The notes under the pieces: generated by a model
Told to the model about the DNA's origin: nothing
What the model saw: the letters and a program-made list of their open reading frames with translations, nothing else
Database searches by the model: none
Source: Antedon mediterranea
Lineage: Eukaryota; Animalia; Echinodermata
Reading direction: 5' to 3'
Length of the DNA: 64,000 bases
Assembly: GCF_964355755.1 (NCBI RefSeq)
Contig: NC_092680.1
Coordinates: forward strand, 7,068,001 to 7,132,000
Translations under genes and position numbers: made by a program
In this document: positions 12,201 to 25,700 of the stretch, piece by piece
How positions within the stretch are numbered: position 1 is the stretch's first letter
How the letters are laid out: the number at the start of each line of letters is the position of its first letter

Positions 12201-15200
12201 CTTATAAAAGGTTCAAATTTCTTAACAGAGTGGCCTAGTGGGTGGGTGGCAACAAATTTAGGATGGAAACATTTTTTTTATCAATGTCTATGCCTAAACA
12301 TACAGCTAGAATCATATTATTTATTTTGTGCTTAATTTCTCTTAACTTTTTTAGTTCTCAATGAACGTGGAATATTCAGTGGACCTGCCAATATTAGCCG
12401 TTTAAAAGCTCAGCTCTCTTTAGACACTTCAAAATTGTGAGTAAATAATGTTAACAGTGGTTTGTACAAACATTCATAATTTACTTAACATTATCCCAAC
12501 TTCAGAGAACATCATGTGAAATAACAATGATTTGATCTAAATATAGAGATCAGTTCCATTGTTAGCATAAAGTAGTTAAGGATCTAAAGTCGATGTGAAA
12601 AAGAAATGTTTTGGTGCCCACAAAGTTGATGGAGCTTCGTTTTGAGTTAAAATATTGATTTCGAGTTTATAGTGTGTTAACAAACCGACACTAATATAAG
12701 TGTATGTCTGATTTCTATCTACAAACCCCCTGCCTTCCTTCAACAAGCATTTTTTTCTCAGTTTATTGCCATTTGGGAGCAGGATTAGGATATCATTAAG
12801 CAATATTCAACCCTTTTCGAATAAATATAAAGTACATTTTGTTATTAAATTTACAGCTTGAATATCCTGATTATTCGACGGCACATTGTGGCAGATATGT
12901 TAGGTAGAATGTCTGATTCTGAATGTGGTTCAAGTGATGAGAAAGCAGAAGAAGAAACTGCTCATGGTTCCCTGTCTTATCAGAAGATGGTAACATTTGT
13001 GATTACTGTATCATATAACTTAACAGTTTAATAATGAACAAAATTGATAAATGAAATATTTTTACGTGAGTTTTCTTGGAGGATAGATCATTCAATTATG
13101 CAAACTATTTTATACAACTTCAATTCATTTGGTTCTTCTAATGCTCGCTATCAAACTTGATGTGACATTATATAGACATGATGATGTCATATCACTACCA
13201 TATTTGGGCACATCACACTTTTTTTGTTTGATAGTGTAGATAGAGCTTAAAATAAAAATATAATAGGGTCATGTGTGCTAAATTTCCTTTCTGAATTTTC
13301 CTTTTTGAAATTTTCTTTTTTATTTTATTGAATCTTATTTATTGGGCTGATCGAAAGCAGCAAAATGCTGACAGCAAGCTGTATTTTGCAATGATTATAA
13401 CTATGTTATATTTTTTAGATTAAAATTAGCAGACCAAAGCGGAAAAAGCACTACAAACAAACCTCCCAACGAGAAGTTCGTGATTTGAATAGGAGAATGC
13501 CAAACATTGACACATACAAAGTTCTTGACTATCTCCCTGGTTTAAAAACATTCCAAAAACAATCGACTACTATTAAACCTATTGAGGTTACTGCTAAAAT
13601 TAGTAAAGAATATGCTTTTTCTAAATCATCAACTAAGTAAGTATTATTTTACTATCTTCACTGTATTTTTATTTTTGGGTGTTCAGAAAGTCTGGTATTG
13701 GGAAAGTTAAGTGTATTATGCAATTACAAAATACTGAAATTATTTTATAAGGTACAGATTAATGCCTTAATCCTGTTTATACTTAATTTTTGATATTTTT
13801 AAATCTAGGATGGAAGTTTCCCCAGAGAAGCAGAATCTTCGAAGGTCTAACTCACTACCACAGCTAGATCATGAGACACTTGAAGAGGAGCTAGGTCCCA
13901 TTAAGGGTGTTCTTAAGCGTAGCTCATCCTCTATTTGTGTAAATCTACAACAAGATAATCATGAGGTATTTAAATGATTTGGGCATTTCATAGAAACATG
14001 ATTTTGTTTATTAGCCCATTCCATGAAATCTAGCAGTATATTTGTAACCAACATTAAAACATTAAACTTTAATCTCTGCCATTTGTGCTTTCATTTTAGG
14101 ATTTACCAAAAAGGCATGAAAAAAATGACGAAAGGCCAGGAACAGTGCAGTACATGAAGAAAGACCTGGATAGACTTAGCACATACCACTCAGCTAAAGC
14201 AGCTGCCCTTGATGAACAGATACCAGAAGACGAGGACCTTCCACCATTATTACAGGTATGATGAAGATTTAAACCATTTGCCTAAAATAGCATCATACAG
14301 TAGCTGAATTGCTGATACAATGTACTTGAATCATATCAGAAAATATGAATTGCTGTTGGCCAATACTATAGTATAGGCCGAGTGGTTAAGGCAGGGGCGC
14401 CGTTTAACGTACCTAAAGAGCCAACAATATCAGCAAGGGTTTGAGGCCGACTTTTCTTCTTGGCTAAGGACTATAGGGTCCAGTGTACACATTTTTAACC
14501 TGTGTGCACTTTTCGAGACGAGTAGGGAGGTTCAATACCCCGGTGAACTGTTTCACAAAATAGGCCCTGTAACAGGGGGGATTACCACCTATCTGATAGG
14601 ACAGTGATTATTTTACTATTGGTAATCCTTGGTATGTCCGGTATTAAAACAAATGCTGGTAATTAGTCATTTCATCTTTTAGGCTGTTGGTGATACAAGT
14701 CGATCCGATAGGCGACGTGAGTTGCTTAAAAAACACCTACAACAAGTGGAGAAGATGAGGGTAGCTCAAGAGGCTGATGATGTGTAAGTACTAACACCAA
14801 ATTATCTAGATGCAATTAAATACAACCAAATACTGGTGTTCATAATGATTTGGGGGAAAAAAATAATGTATCAAAATTTGGTGCACTATGTGATCATTTA
14901 TAAAACTGGACTGTCCAAAATTAATATAATTCTGCCATCTTGTTAATTTTACTGTTTTCTGTACAGTGTCTTTATCAGCAAGCCAATCCATCCACAGCCA
15001 TCAACTAAGACTACACGATTAAAAGATAAGACAGTATTGCGTACATCTGATATTAGAGTGTCGGAACGTGTTAACATGTCTTCAATAACACTTGACCTTA
15101 ACCGCACCGTCTTTAACGAATTGGACAATGAGGTTACTCCAGCTACTATTAAAATGATGGACAGTAACTTGTTTCGTGGTGAAGAGATTCGTGAAGTGTA

Positions 15201-18200
15201 TAACGAAATTATGAAGACTCTTCCAACGGATCACATGAATTACGATGTGGTAAACATGATTCACTTTAGTAAATTATTTCAGTGTTAGAATTTGGTTGTT
15301 TCAGAGGGGGCGTAAATTTCCATAATCCATTGAAGATCATCTATGCTATTAAATGCAAGGGTGTAGGCTGGCTTAGCCAGTGGAGGTGCCCATCAACAAG
15401 CAGGTGGCTAAAGTTAGAAAACTAAAAACATATATCACAAGTCCCTTGTTTTCTGTTGAAAGAGGTAAAACAACAAGCACTCCCGTAGCCTACGTCATTG
15501 AATGTCTATTTTATACCAATTTTTTAAGTGTTCCCTTACTAACTTTCGTACATATACTGTATTTCAGACTTTTCTGCACACTTAAAATCAGTTTTAATGT
15601 AAAATAATTTTCAGGATGAGTTTGTTGAGCCTACTGGACCTTATATTGATTTAAACAATCTTGTGAACACAGCATCATTAATGAGAAGTCGGAAAGAGCG
15701 TGTTTTAAATCCTGAGCTAAAGAAGAGGGACCTGCCACCATGGGGTATAGAGTATGAGCAATGGTGCAAGAGGTATGTCTGTTGTTATATAGCTTTTTTG
15801 TAGCAAATATAGTACCCTATTACTTTACAAATTCAGCTGAGTGAGTGGAGTAACTTTGGGTGAAAACAAGCCAAAATTGGGTGTACATAATATACAGTAG
15901 TAATAGTATTGACAAGTGACTTTTGTCCCTACAACATTTTTAAATTAAATATTAACTGTTTTTATTGATATTTTATATTTCAGTCCAATCTTTAATGCAG
16001 CTTTTGCTAAGCCCCGTCCACAACGTAATCCTGTGTCGGCCAACAATGCTACTGGGTTTTTCAGCAACTCTATGAACCTTACACAAAATGGATTAGAACA
16101 AAGCTACGGGTTAAGAAATGAGGCAGCTGGAACGTTCCATTTTGATGGTTTACAACAAAAGCCACCAGGTCAACGGGCACTAATGGACAACCGAAACGAG
16201 AGGTCATATTTGTCGTGGCTGGCTTGGTGGAAGAATACTATTGGCTCAGAAGATTATGTAAAATTTCTAACAACTCAGGTAAGTTAATCAACAAAACTCT
16301 GACAGTGGAATCTGTTTTACAAACCAAATATGAAAATTAATTTGGACTTTAGATCCTGTTCACACATAAAGGGTCTGAACTAGAAAAGAAAATTAGTGGA
16401 AGCCACTTCTTACAACACTGACATGTTACAAAATCTCATGGTACAAGGTTACGGTATGACAAACATAAGTCGCACATCAACAAATTTTTACCTGCAAGGA
16501 ATCAAATTTATTCCTGGGCACCAGATTTCACCCTGTTCAGTGAAACTTTGAGCATAAGCATAACTTCATAGGTCTGAACAAACCCTTAATTACAGTTACA
16601 TTTTGCATTTGTATAATAATACTTTGTTTTGTTTTATTTATTTTAGGAGTCTGACTTTATGGGTGCTGTCTTCCACATGTATGAAAGTGAACCTGAAGAA
16701 GAAGATAGTGATGAAAAAAAAAGCATTAATTCTGCCAAAGTTATGCGATTGAAGTGTGTGCATTTCTTGACTGTTAATTCATAGTACTTAAGCCCCTACT
16801 CACAATAAGACAATTAATAATTGAATGCTAGTCCATGGCAGGGGTCAGTGGTGATGTTGCCACATGTGGTATGGTTGTCGCAAGAAAAGGCAACAATCCC
16901 CTGTATGGCCCACAAGATTGTCAAAGACCTCTGTGAAAAGTGTTCAGGTTGAAACCTTACAAACCATACTGGTGGCTACTGCCCTGGGAGTTACTCAAAC
17001 TAGTAGCAACTACAAGAAACCATTAACCATTAATACATTTGTTTTTCAGACATAGAGAAGAAAAACTAAAAGAGTTAAAAAGTAAAAAGTCTGAGTTTAC
17101 ATCTGGTATGTGGAATGTTAACTCTGTTATGCTTGGAGGATTGGGACAGGATCCAGAAGTTGAAGGTATTATTATATATTTTCTAAGCAGTCTCTGATTT
17201 TATGGTCAGACTTAATTACCTACCGAATAGTAAGTTTTACTGTAATAAGCCCTGTACAAACTGCCCAGTAACTAATCAGAAAGAAATTGTTTCTTGAATA
17301 TCCACCCCTGGCCAATTAAAGTTGTTCTCTTTGTTTTAAAGCTAAAATGAAATTTTGTCTCATCTCATTTTATCTAATAATTAATTAGTTGAGGAGGATG
17401 CTGAAGAAAGTCTCCCGACTACAGACAATATTCCAGTGATTCGACGATCTCACATTCGATCTGCAAGAACACAGTCAGCAGTATCAATGAAGTCATTTAA
17501 CAGTGGTATGCTGACCACGGGTGCAGATTCCAGACCATCATCAAGAAGTCAATCAAGACTCAGCATGAAGCAGGAGAATAGCAGACCTTCTGGATTTAGA
17601 GTATGTTTTTTTGAGATATATGTAATCGGTAGCGCGTGTTTGTTTGTTTGTTAGCAGGATTACTCAAAAAGTAAGATCTTTACCAAAATGAATATACAGA
17701 TAGATATGTGGTCAAGGACCATTCCATCAAATTTTGGGACCATTTTGGACCATGGTTCCAAATCTGGACCACTTTTTGAGTATACTTTTCAGACCTGCTA
17801 GTGTTAAAAGATAGGACAGAATTTTTCAAAAGCCGGCGAGCAGTCTTAAAGTAACAAGTAAACTAAAATTGCATTTTCTCGAGAACTACTTGTCCACAAG
17901 AGGCAAGAGTTATAATTTGTTATTTGTAATTTTAAAACATAATTTGATTTAATGTGCACGTTTTTTGATGCGAGTAGTTTAAAAAACCTATTTCTTTTCA
18001 AATTCACTTGTTTGTCAACTGAAGCTATTGTTAATTGAAAGGCTTGTTACATAACCATTACACCAAACTCGCATACACATGCTTGTAGTGAAATTAGCCT
18101 AAGTCACAAACAGCATTAAGACACACACAAATATTTTTTTTTTTTTTTTTACCGGAGAAATCTTATGTAGGAGAATTTTACAGTAGGCGGATGTATGCAC

Positions 18201-19735
18201 TCTCGGAGTGGCTTTCTAGTTTATATTTGTGTTTGCATAATAAAGATTCATGTGTATTGTATTATAATGATAATTAATAATTAATGATAAGGAGTATGTA
18301 ATTTACCAATAATAATACTGTAGTAATAATCATTTATATTGTGCCAATTCCAGAAACAATATATCAAAGGTGCATTGTATTCTAAACTCTTCAGAACAAA
18401 TACTTTTAGGTTGTGTTAAAATTGGGAGTAATAGGCAGTCATCCAAAAGAAAATCAGCTCTTGCTCAATAGAATATTCAGTTTGATAATGTGATTTATTT
18501 TATAAGTGGAGGATTTAAATCTTGATAAACACCTGATGCAACTGTGAATGTGGTTTTAATTGCAGTCTACAACATCTTGGTGTTAATGATATTGTTAAAA
18601 CCAAAAATACAACAGTACTCCCAAAAAACTCCATGCTTCTTTAATTACAGAAAACTCCTACACAAAATAGTCGATCTGGAACAGCAGCCACTATCACTCC
18701 AAATCCGCAAAATCGGTTAGAGAAAATATGGACATCACTGCAAGTACCAGATAATCTTCGTTTAGATATGGCAATCAAGTACAGCTCTGACGGACATGTA
18801 GAGAAGTTGGACAGTGTAAGTAGCCTGTAGAAATATAATCATATAAACAAACACATCCTGATCTAATTATCATGAGACAATAACAATATAAAGATATACA
18901 TGCAGCTGACCGCTTAAATTAATTACATATGAGTTGGTGGTGATAAACATATTTTATGAAACTAATTATTTCACAACTATTGATATTTCAGTGTATTGAT
19001 CATTGGGAGTTAGCATCAGCATTGGTTTTGGAGAGAGAGCATATACTGGGTCGATTGGAAGCTTTTGAGCGTCTGGCATCTGATCCAAACAGGTTCTTCC
19101 AAAAAGGTAATCAAGGCTATACTATAATAGTGAATTCAACACAAAAAAAACAGCTAATTTAATTGCAAGAGGCAAGCTGGTACAATGATAGAATAACAGT
19201 ATAATATTTAGAGTCGATCTTCGTTTACAGCATTGCTTTGTTAGGTTAATATATTCACACTCACTTGTTCCAATCATTCAGGTTATAGAGGCCTAGCTAT
19301 TGCTAGACTTGAGGAGGCACGTGAGAGAAGTCAGATATACCTAGAACTAGAGGAACTGAACAAGAAAGCAAAAAAGAAATTGCAGTTTATCTTGAAGGAG
19401 TTTGGTGACATGGTAACATTTCAGGTAAGGATTTGTGGGGTTTTGTGGAGTATGCTATGTGCAGAGGACATGAGAAAACCAACCATACCACCTAAGACAT
19501 TCATTTCCCCTCTTTCTGCTGTTGAACCAAGCATTCATAGCCGTCATGTACTTTATGTGTTTTTACACAGGGACGTCCATACCTGGAGAAGATGAAGTTG
19601 GACCGGACCGAGATGCTGTATTGGTTACAGCAGGAACGACGGCAGCATGCTCTTGAGCGACATGTAATGGTGCAGGAGTACAAGCTAAAAATGGCGGAGC
19701 TTCCACCACTTGGTGCTATACCAGCTACTCATTAA
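9210..19735 (+). CDS. CCDC87: Coiled-coil domain-containing protein 87 homolog, ~22 coding exons
   Basis: ATG 9210 with an upstream in-frame stop. Exons begin near 9676, 10175, 10982, 11561, 12069, 12355, 12857, 13419, 13809, 14100, 14683, 14967, 15615, 15984, 16647, 17050, 17389, 18651, 18992, 19282 and 19571. The C-terminus (RLEKIWTSLQVPD..DMAIKYSS..RLEAFERLASDPNRFF..FQGRPYLEKMKLDRTEMLYWLQQERR) matches the CCDC87 conserved end; stop TAA 19733-19735. Confidence 0.85.
10580..10925 (-). mobile_element. tRNA-derived SINE with Deu/Nin-like central domain
   Basis: Minus strand shows A-box gagcggttaagg, B-box ggttcgaggcc, central tcggataaggactataaaccgtaggtcc...aaagaaccc...cgaaaaagagtagggg and a (taaaaa)n tail. 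Confidence 0.75.
14377..14632 (+). mobile_element. Second copy of the same Deu-type SINE, inverted relative to the first
   Basis: ggccgagtggttaaggcaggggcgccgtttaacgtacctaaagagccaac...gattaccacctatctgataggacagtgatta matches the reverse complement of 10610-10925. Confidence 0.75.
17620..18221 (+). mobile_element. Non-autonomous Helitron-like element in a CCDC87 intron
   Basis: (gttt)n near the 5' side; 3' end has ggcggatgtatg, the hairpin cactctcggagtg and ctttCTAGt. The 5' boundary is uncertain. Confidence 0.5.
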
Positions 19736-20333
19736 TAAGGTGTCATATGAAGTACTTCCATCAAACAGCCAATGTGATTTATTGTTTTGTCAATCCAAAA
19801 TACAAGCCTTGAATTTTATATGTATATATTGATTAAATATTTATTAACAATTTAAAAATCATGTTTTTATACAGTATATAGATTATGAATCTTTGTGTTT
19901 GTTTTATTGATCTCCAAGATGCTTAATATACAGTGCTAATAAGTGCAAATAATTTGGGTTGTTTGGGGACACCTTTTCAGGGAATACCTCTATTACAGGA
20001 CACTTTAACATGAAGCTAATGAGGAAATATATGTTTTAACACTACATCCAACCCTATCTAGGGGACTCTTTGCAGCTCCCAAAGGTGTCGTTTTACTGTA
20101 TTTACAAAACTATTAAACCAATCACTTTGAAAGCAAAGACCGTCGCTCGTACAATTATATCAAATTTATTAATATTATGCACACTAATAAGCTACTGTGT
20201 TAAACCATGAGGTGGTTGACACATATTGGTAAAAAAACATGCATGTGATTGGTAGAACATCTGCATTGTTCAAGATACATTAATGTATTTTTGCTAAACA
20301 AATATTGTATAAAAAATAATAAAAGGCCACAAA

Positions 20334-22410
20334 TTACACTGATACAGCTTTCTGTGTATCTATATACTCTATTGATGTAGATGTTGCCACCTCTGTTGGA
20401 CTTTGCATAAACGCCACCAGTAACTTTAAGGCATCACCATTAAGATCTCTCACCACACCATCTTTAATGTCTGAGTAGAGTAAGACATCTTGCAAATGCC
20501 AACAGACGTTCCTTCTTGAATTGTTTGGGTTATTGTGCTCGTCTATCGCTAATGTGTTTAACTGGTAGCAAAAGAAAGACAGTCGTTGGCCATCAAAGAC
20601 TATTGTTTGATTTGTAAGAGGTGTCTGAAGGTCTCGATCCCAATAATTCACTGCAACAACAATAATAAAACATAATATTCAATGCAGTACAATATATGCA
20701 TAATTGTTTTTTTATAAACACATTCCAAAATTCCTCTTTTTCACATCAGGTCTATGTATTTTAATACTAATAACTAATTTTACTACAACATATATCAATG
20801 TTACCACCATGTAATCTTTACTGATGCCTTTAAAGATTCAACATGGAAAACTTTCACACATTCATTCATTCAAGGTAACAATTTGTCACAATATGTTATT
20901 TATTATTTACAGTATTATATTTTGTAAGATATTTATACTTATTTTTTGTATCAGTTCCTTCAACTGTAACTTACTATTGTAAGCGGCTAGAGCAGATAAC
21001 ATTCCGAAAGAGCTTGCAATCCCCTGACCAATAAATACTTGTCTAACAGAGCTCTTCTTTTTCATGCATCTTTTCCGGTCTAGTGTACATGCAAAAAATT
21101 GGGTATGACTGTATTTGAAAGGATTTCCAATCTTAAAACCTGAAGAATAAAGAAATTGAAGAATTAGATCAATAATGTTATTGCTTGGTGTGTTTTAAAA
21201 ATAATTAAGCACACATATAAAATAGTATATTTTCCATTCCTTCTATAAAATGATATTTTGACTGAATATTACCTGGGAAAAATATTGGATTTAAATGCTT
21301 TTCAAAAACACTTATGTTGATAGGATCATAATCCCATGATGGCACATCTCCTATAGACAGCTCACTATCCAGTGGAGTAAACTGAAAAAATGTAATAACA
21401 TTGTTAAAATGTTAGAACTTACTCTATCAATAAAAATACCAAATGAGGGTAGATAATCTAGATGATCTAGATCTAGATCTAGAATAAATATTATCTGAAG
21501 TGAAGATAAGACAATTTACAAAATCAAATTTATGTTCATATTATGCCAATGAGATTTCTAATATACAAATGAGATGTCTAATTAATATGCAAATTAGATG
21601 TCTAATGCAAATTACGAGTTTAATTTAATATGCAAATTACATGTCAATTATGCAAATCTAATATGCAAATTAGATGTACAATATGCAAATTAAATATTGA
21701 CCCACCTGCTTTAACGGCAACTTATTTGTGATATGTGCATTAATAGGGATATCATACATAAATTTTTTACTTCCTCTTATCCAGTGTGACTTAACATCAA
21801 CATCATAATTGAGATCTGAATCCTGCAAGTGTGGAGTATTTATTTTCTGAGAATTGAGAAGTAAATTAGCTAGGTTTCTTGTCATTCTTCTTCCTGTGTA
21901 CAGCCATTCATTAGGTTTGTTGTTTTTATGCGTGTAATGGAAGTGTTGCTGTAGAACAATTGCTTTAACATCTTCTCTCAATTTCTCTATTTTTTGCTTT
22001 GTTGATGCATCTTCAGTGCGCGACATAATTTCTTCGGGCAATCCATCCACAACAAAAGTTTTTGTCGCATGCTTAAAAAAGGGAAGACATCCCGAATGGT
22101 AATTTACAGGCCTAAGATCCAAGTTCCAACCATTAACTTTCCAGATATGGTACAAAAAATCTGATGGTGTTTCTTGAGCAAGGATGTTGTCTCGCCATTT
22201 TAATCTAAGTTTTTCTTTAATTGGCAGTATGGGCATTACCGGCGGGTATTCTGGAATTGTACCAACTTCATGAGGATCTAAAACAGGTTTTAAATGACCA
22301 CGTTTATACCTTTTATTCACAACAGTTAAATATTTCATAAAATTCGCGTGTTTTTTAAAGAGAAAAACCTCTCCATGTCGAACCATGGACGCTGCCATCT
22401 TGGAATACAA
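20334..22410 (-). CDS. MRPS30: Mitochondrial ribosomal protein mL65/S30, 4 coding exons
   Basis: Exons 22410(or 22398)-21706, 21381-21273, 21139-20975 and 20651-20334. C-terminal motif QTIVFDGQRLSFFCYQLNTLA..NNSRRNVCW; basic N-terminal targeting-like peptide. Confidence 0.88.
21543..21690. repeat. Degenerate ~20-bp repeat containing six perfect ATGCAAAT octamers in MRPS30 intron 1
   Basis: ATGCAAAT at 21587, 21605, 21630, 21650, 21663 and 21683, plus variants atgccaat and atacaaat. Confidence 0.85.
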
Positions 22411-22772
22411 AAAAGTGGGAGAGGGCAGTGTTGTTCTGTCAGTAGGGAGCGTCGGAAGTGCCTTCTGTTCTGTATTTTTATTAGGATAGATCTATGGGTA
22501 TACATAATAATTAAATTATTTATACCTCTATAATTACATACTACTTTACTATTTTACTAAATATTTGCTGACAAATTTAACCGCCAAATGAAAAGATCTA
22601 CAGAAGAAAATCAAACAGACACTCCCCCCTTTTGACGTTCCATATACACCAGAGCAGCAGCAAACCACGAGACCGCCACGCATGAGCAATCAAAAATCAT
22701 AATAATCAATAAATTCACACATAAATGTGTTTTTTTGAATGTGAAAGTCAGTAAAAAGGGTTCAGTTTGAAA
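22390..22772. promoter_or_regulatory. Probable bidirectional promoter MRPS30/GALK2
   Basis: Divergent start codons ~360 bp apart; ETS/GABP-type CGGAAGTG at ~22453 and YY1-type CAAGATGGC (minus strand) overlapping the second MRPS30 ATG. Confidence 0.6.
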
Positions 22773-25700
22773 ATGTCAACAAATACCCTTGTTCCGGTTC
22801 TGGAACGTAATCAGATTCACGCATCTATGAAAGAAAGGTAGGCTATCTAGCCTAGGCCTAACTAGCTAGAGAGAGAGAGAGAAGGGCCAACACAGCCGCC
22901 AGGAACTTCTTTCACTTTCAGTCCAGTTAGGCTTTTGTAGGGTTCATTCGTACCCAGCAAGCCAACTTGTACCCAAGTTTCTACTGGCTGGTACCAATCA
23001 ATGGCTACCCTGTACTCTGATTAACAATATAAATCTTTTATTAAAGAAAGGCTAAAATTAAATTTAAACAACACAAGACTTCACAAGATATATTTTCTAT
23101 TCAAATTGCTTTATTCAGATACATATCTGTCATGTAATCGATTCTTTCATTTTGTTTTTCATTCTCATTTGTGTTAACCATTTTTTTTATTTATTGAAAA
23201 AGATACGTAGATCTCACTAAGAAGTTTGAGGCACACTTCGGCTGTAAACCTGTGTTCTTTTGTAGAGCTCCCGGGAGAGTAAACTTAATTGGTAAGTGGG
23301 CCTATACTTGCAAATCCTCAAATTAAAGAGGGCGTGACTACCAAAATATAATTAATAGCACCCTCTATGTTTTGATGTATTACTTTATATAGTGCCCTCT
23401 ATTAATGAATGTTGGGACCTCTGTAACTTTTTTTTTCTTACGGCTATTATGTTCCTTATATGTTTTTTATTTTGTGATTTTCTTGTTTTAGGTGAGCATA
23501 TTGATTATTGTGGCTACTCTGTGTTACCAATGGCTATCCAACAAGATATTGTTATGGCCGTTTGCCCCAACCAATCTCAGCAATTGAATCTTGTTAACAC
23601 TAATCCAACATTTAAGTAAGAAATATTTACATTTTTTTTGTTGAAATATTTAATTATCAACTTTTTTAAACTAAAACTACAAAATAGTATAAAAATGTTC
23701 ATGTGCTCACACAGTCCATATAAAAACTTTTATTACAAGTTAACATCCAAAGTCATGTTGCCTAAACATTCCAATACTTTTCTACTTTTTTAAGATCATT
23801 CTCTACAAGTATCAGGAATTTTACAATAAGCAAAGAAAAGCCAGAGTGGTTTAACTATGTGTTATGTGGTTTGAAAGGGATTGCTGAGTTCAGCAAGTTA
23901 GATAAGCCTGTTGGACTAAGCATCTTAACGGATGGAACTGTACCAAAGAGTGCTGGTCTGTCTAGCTCCAGTGCTTTAGTTTGCTGTGCAGGCTTAACTA
24001 TGATGTATGCTAATGATTTAAATATTTCAAAGGTTTGTAGTAAGTTGCTACTGCTGCTACTGAATGTTTTAGTAAGGAATCAGGTCAAAATTATTCCACT
24101 GCAATTACTGCAGTCACTACATTTTTTACTGCAATAAAATATTATTAATAGATTGTTTCAACCTATGATTACCCAAAAAAGGCTTTCTTAATAATTGCAG
24201 AAACAGGTTAAAAGTGTAACAAAGTATCCTTAATGGAAAACATCCAGTTTATTTTAAAATAAATCTTTATTTTATAGAGTGCTACTGCTGTTTTAGTAAG
24301 AAATCATGTCAAAATTATTCCATTAATCTACATTTTTTACTGCAATAACATATTATTTAATAGGTTGTTTCAACCTATCATTACCCAAAAAAGGCTTTCT
24401 TAATAATTGTAGAAACAGGTTAAAAGTGTAACAAAGTATCCTTAATGGAAAACATCCAGTTTATTTTAAAATAAATCAAACCCACAATAAACAAAAAAGC
24501 CCAAAATATATATAGTAGTTAGACCCTGTTAAACCCTTATACTGTATTTTTTTAGTACAGTACCTAGAAATAACATATTTTTCTTGCTATCCATTGTTAT
24601 TTTTACAGCTGGAGTTAGCAGATATCTGTGCCAAGTGTGAACAGTATATAGGAACTGAGGGAGGAGGAATGGACCAATCAATTTGCTTCCTTGCTGAAGC
24701 AGGAAAAGTATAGTATTTTGTGTTGACCGATATAATAAATGAATGGTGGTACTATAGAGTAATGCCACTATCAGTATTTGATAGCTATCGTGAGAAGCTG
24801 AATGAAACACAACAAATAGAGAGCTTTGTTGTTAATGGTTTATATGAAATTCATAGATTAAGATGAAAAGAATCCACATACAATGCGGATTAACTTGCAA
24901 ACTTAAAATTGATTATGTGATTATTACTTTACAGGCTAAGCATATAGAATTTAACCCTCTTCGTGCAACAGATGTAACACTGCCATCAGCTGTTAGTTTC
25001 ATAATCTGTAATAGTTGTACAGAGATGAATAAAGCCTCAACCTCTCATTTCAATCAAAGAGTTGTTGAAGACCGTCTAGCTTGTCAGGTAAGCAAAACCA
25101 GTTTAATACAAATGATCTGGATAACAGGCACGATAGAATATACATAGAAGAGTTGTTGTAGGTAGCTTGTCAGGTAAGCAAAACCAGTTTAATAGAAATG
25201 ATCGGGATAACAGGCACGATAGAACATACATAGAAGAGTTGTTGTAGGTAGCTTGTCAGGTAAGCAAAACCAGTTTATTAGAAATGATCTAGATAACATG
25301 CACAATAGAACATACATAGAAGAGTTGTTGTAGGTAGCTTGTCAGGTAAGCAAAACCAGTTTAATAGAAATGATCTAGATAACATGCACAATAGAACTTA
25401 CATAGAAGAGTTGTTGTAGGTAGCTTGTCAGGTAAGCAAAACCAGTTTAATAGAAATGATCTAGATAACAGGCACAATAGAACATACATAGAAGAGTTGT
25501 TGTAGGTAGCTTGTCAGGTAAGCAAAACCAGTTTAATAGAAATGATCTAGATAACAGGAACAATAGAACATACATAGAAGAGTTGTTGTAGGTAGCTTGT
25601 CAGGTAAGCAAAACCAGTTTAATAGAAATGATCTAGATAACAGGAACAATAGAATATAGAAACAAAACCAACTTAATACCAGAGGAAGTGGATATCGGCT

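Noticed and set aside
25057-25660. 86-bp array as CRISPR
   Set aside because: No variable spacers; it derives from the adjacent exon-intron junction.
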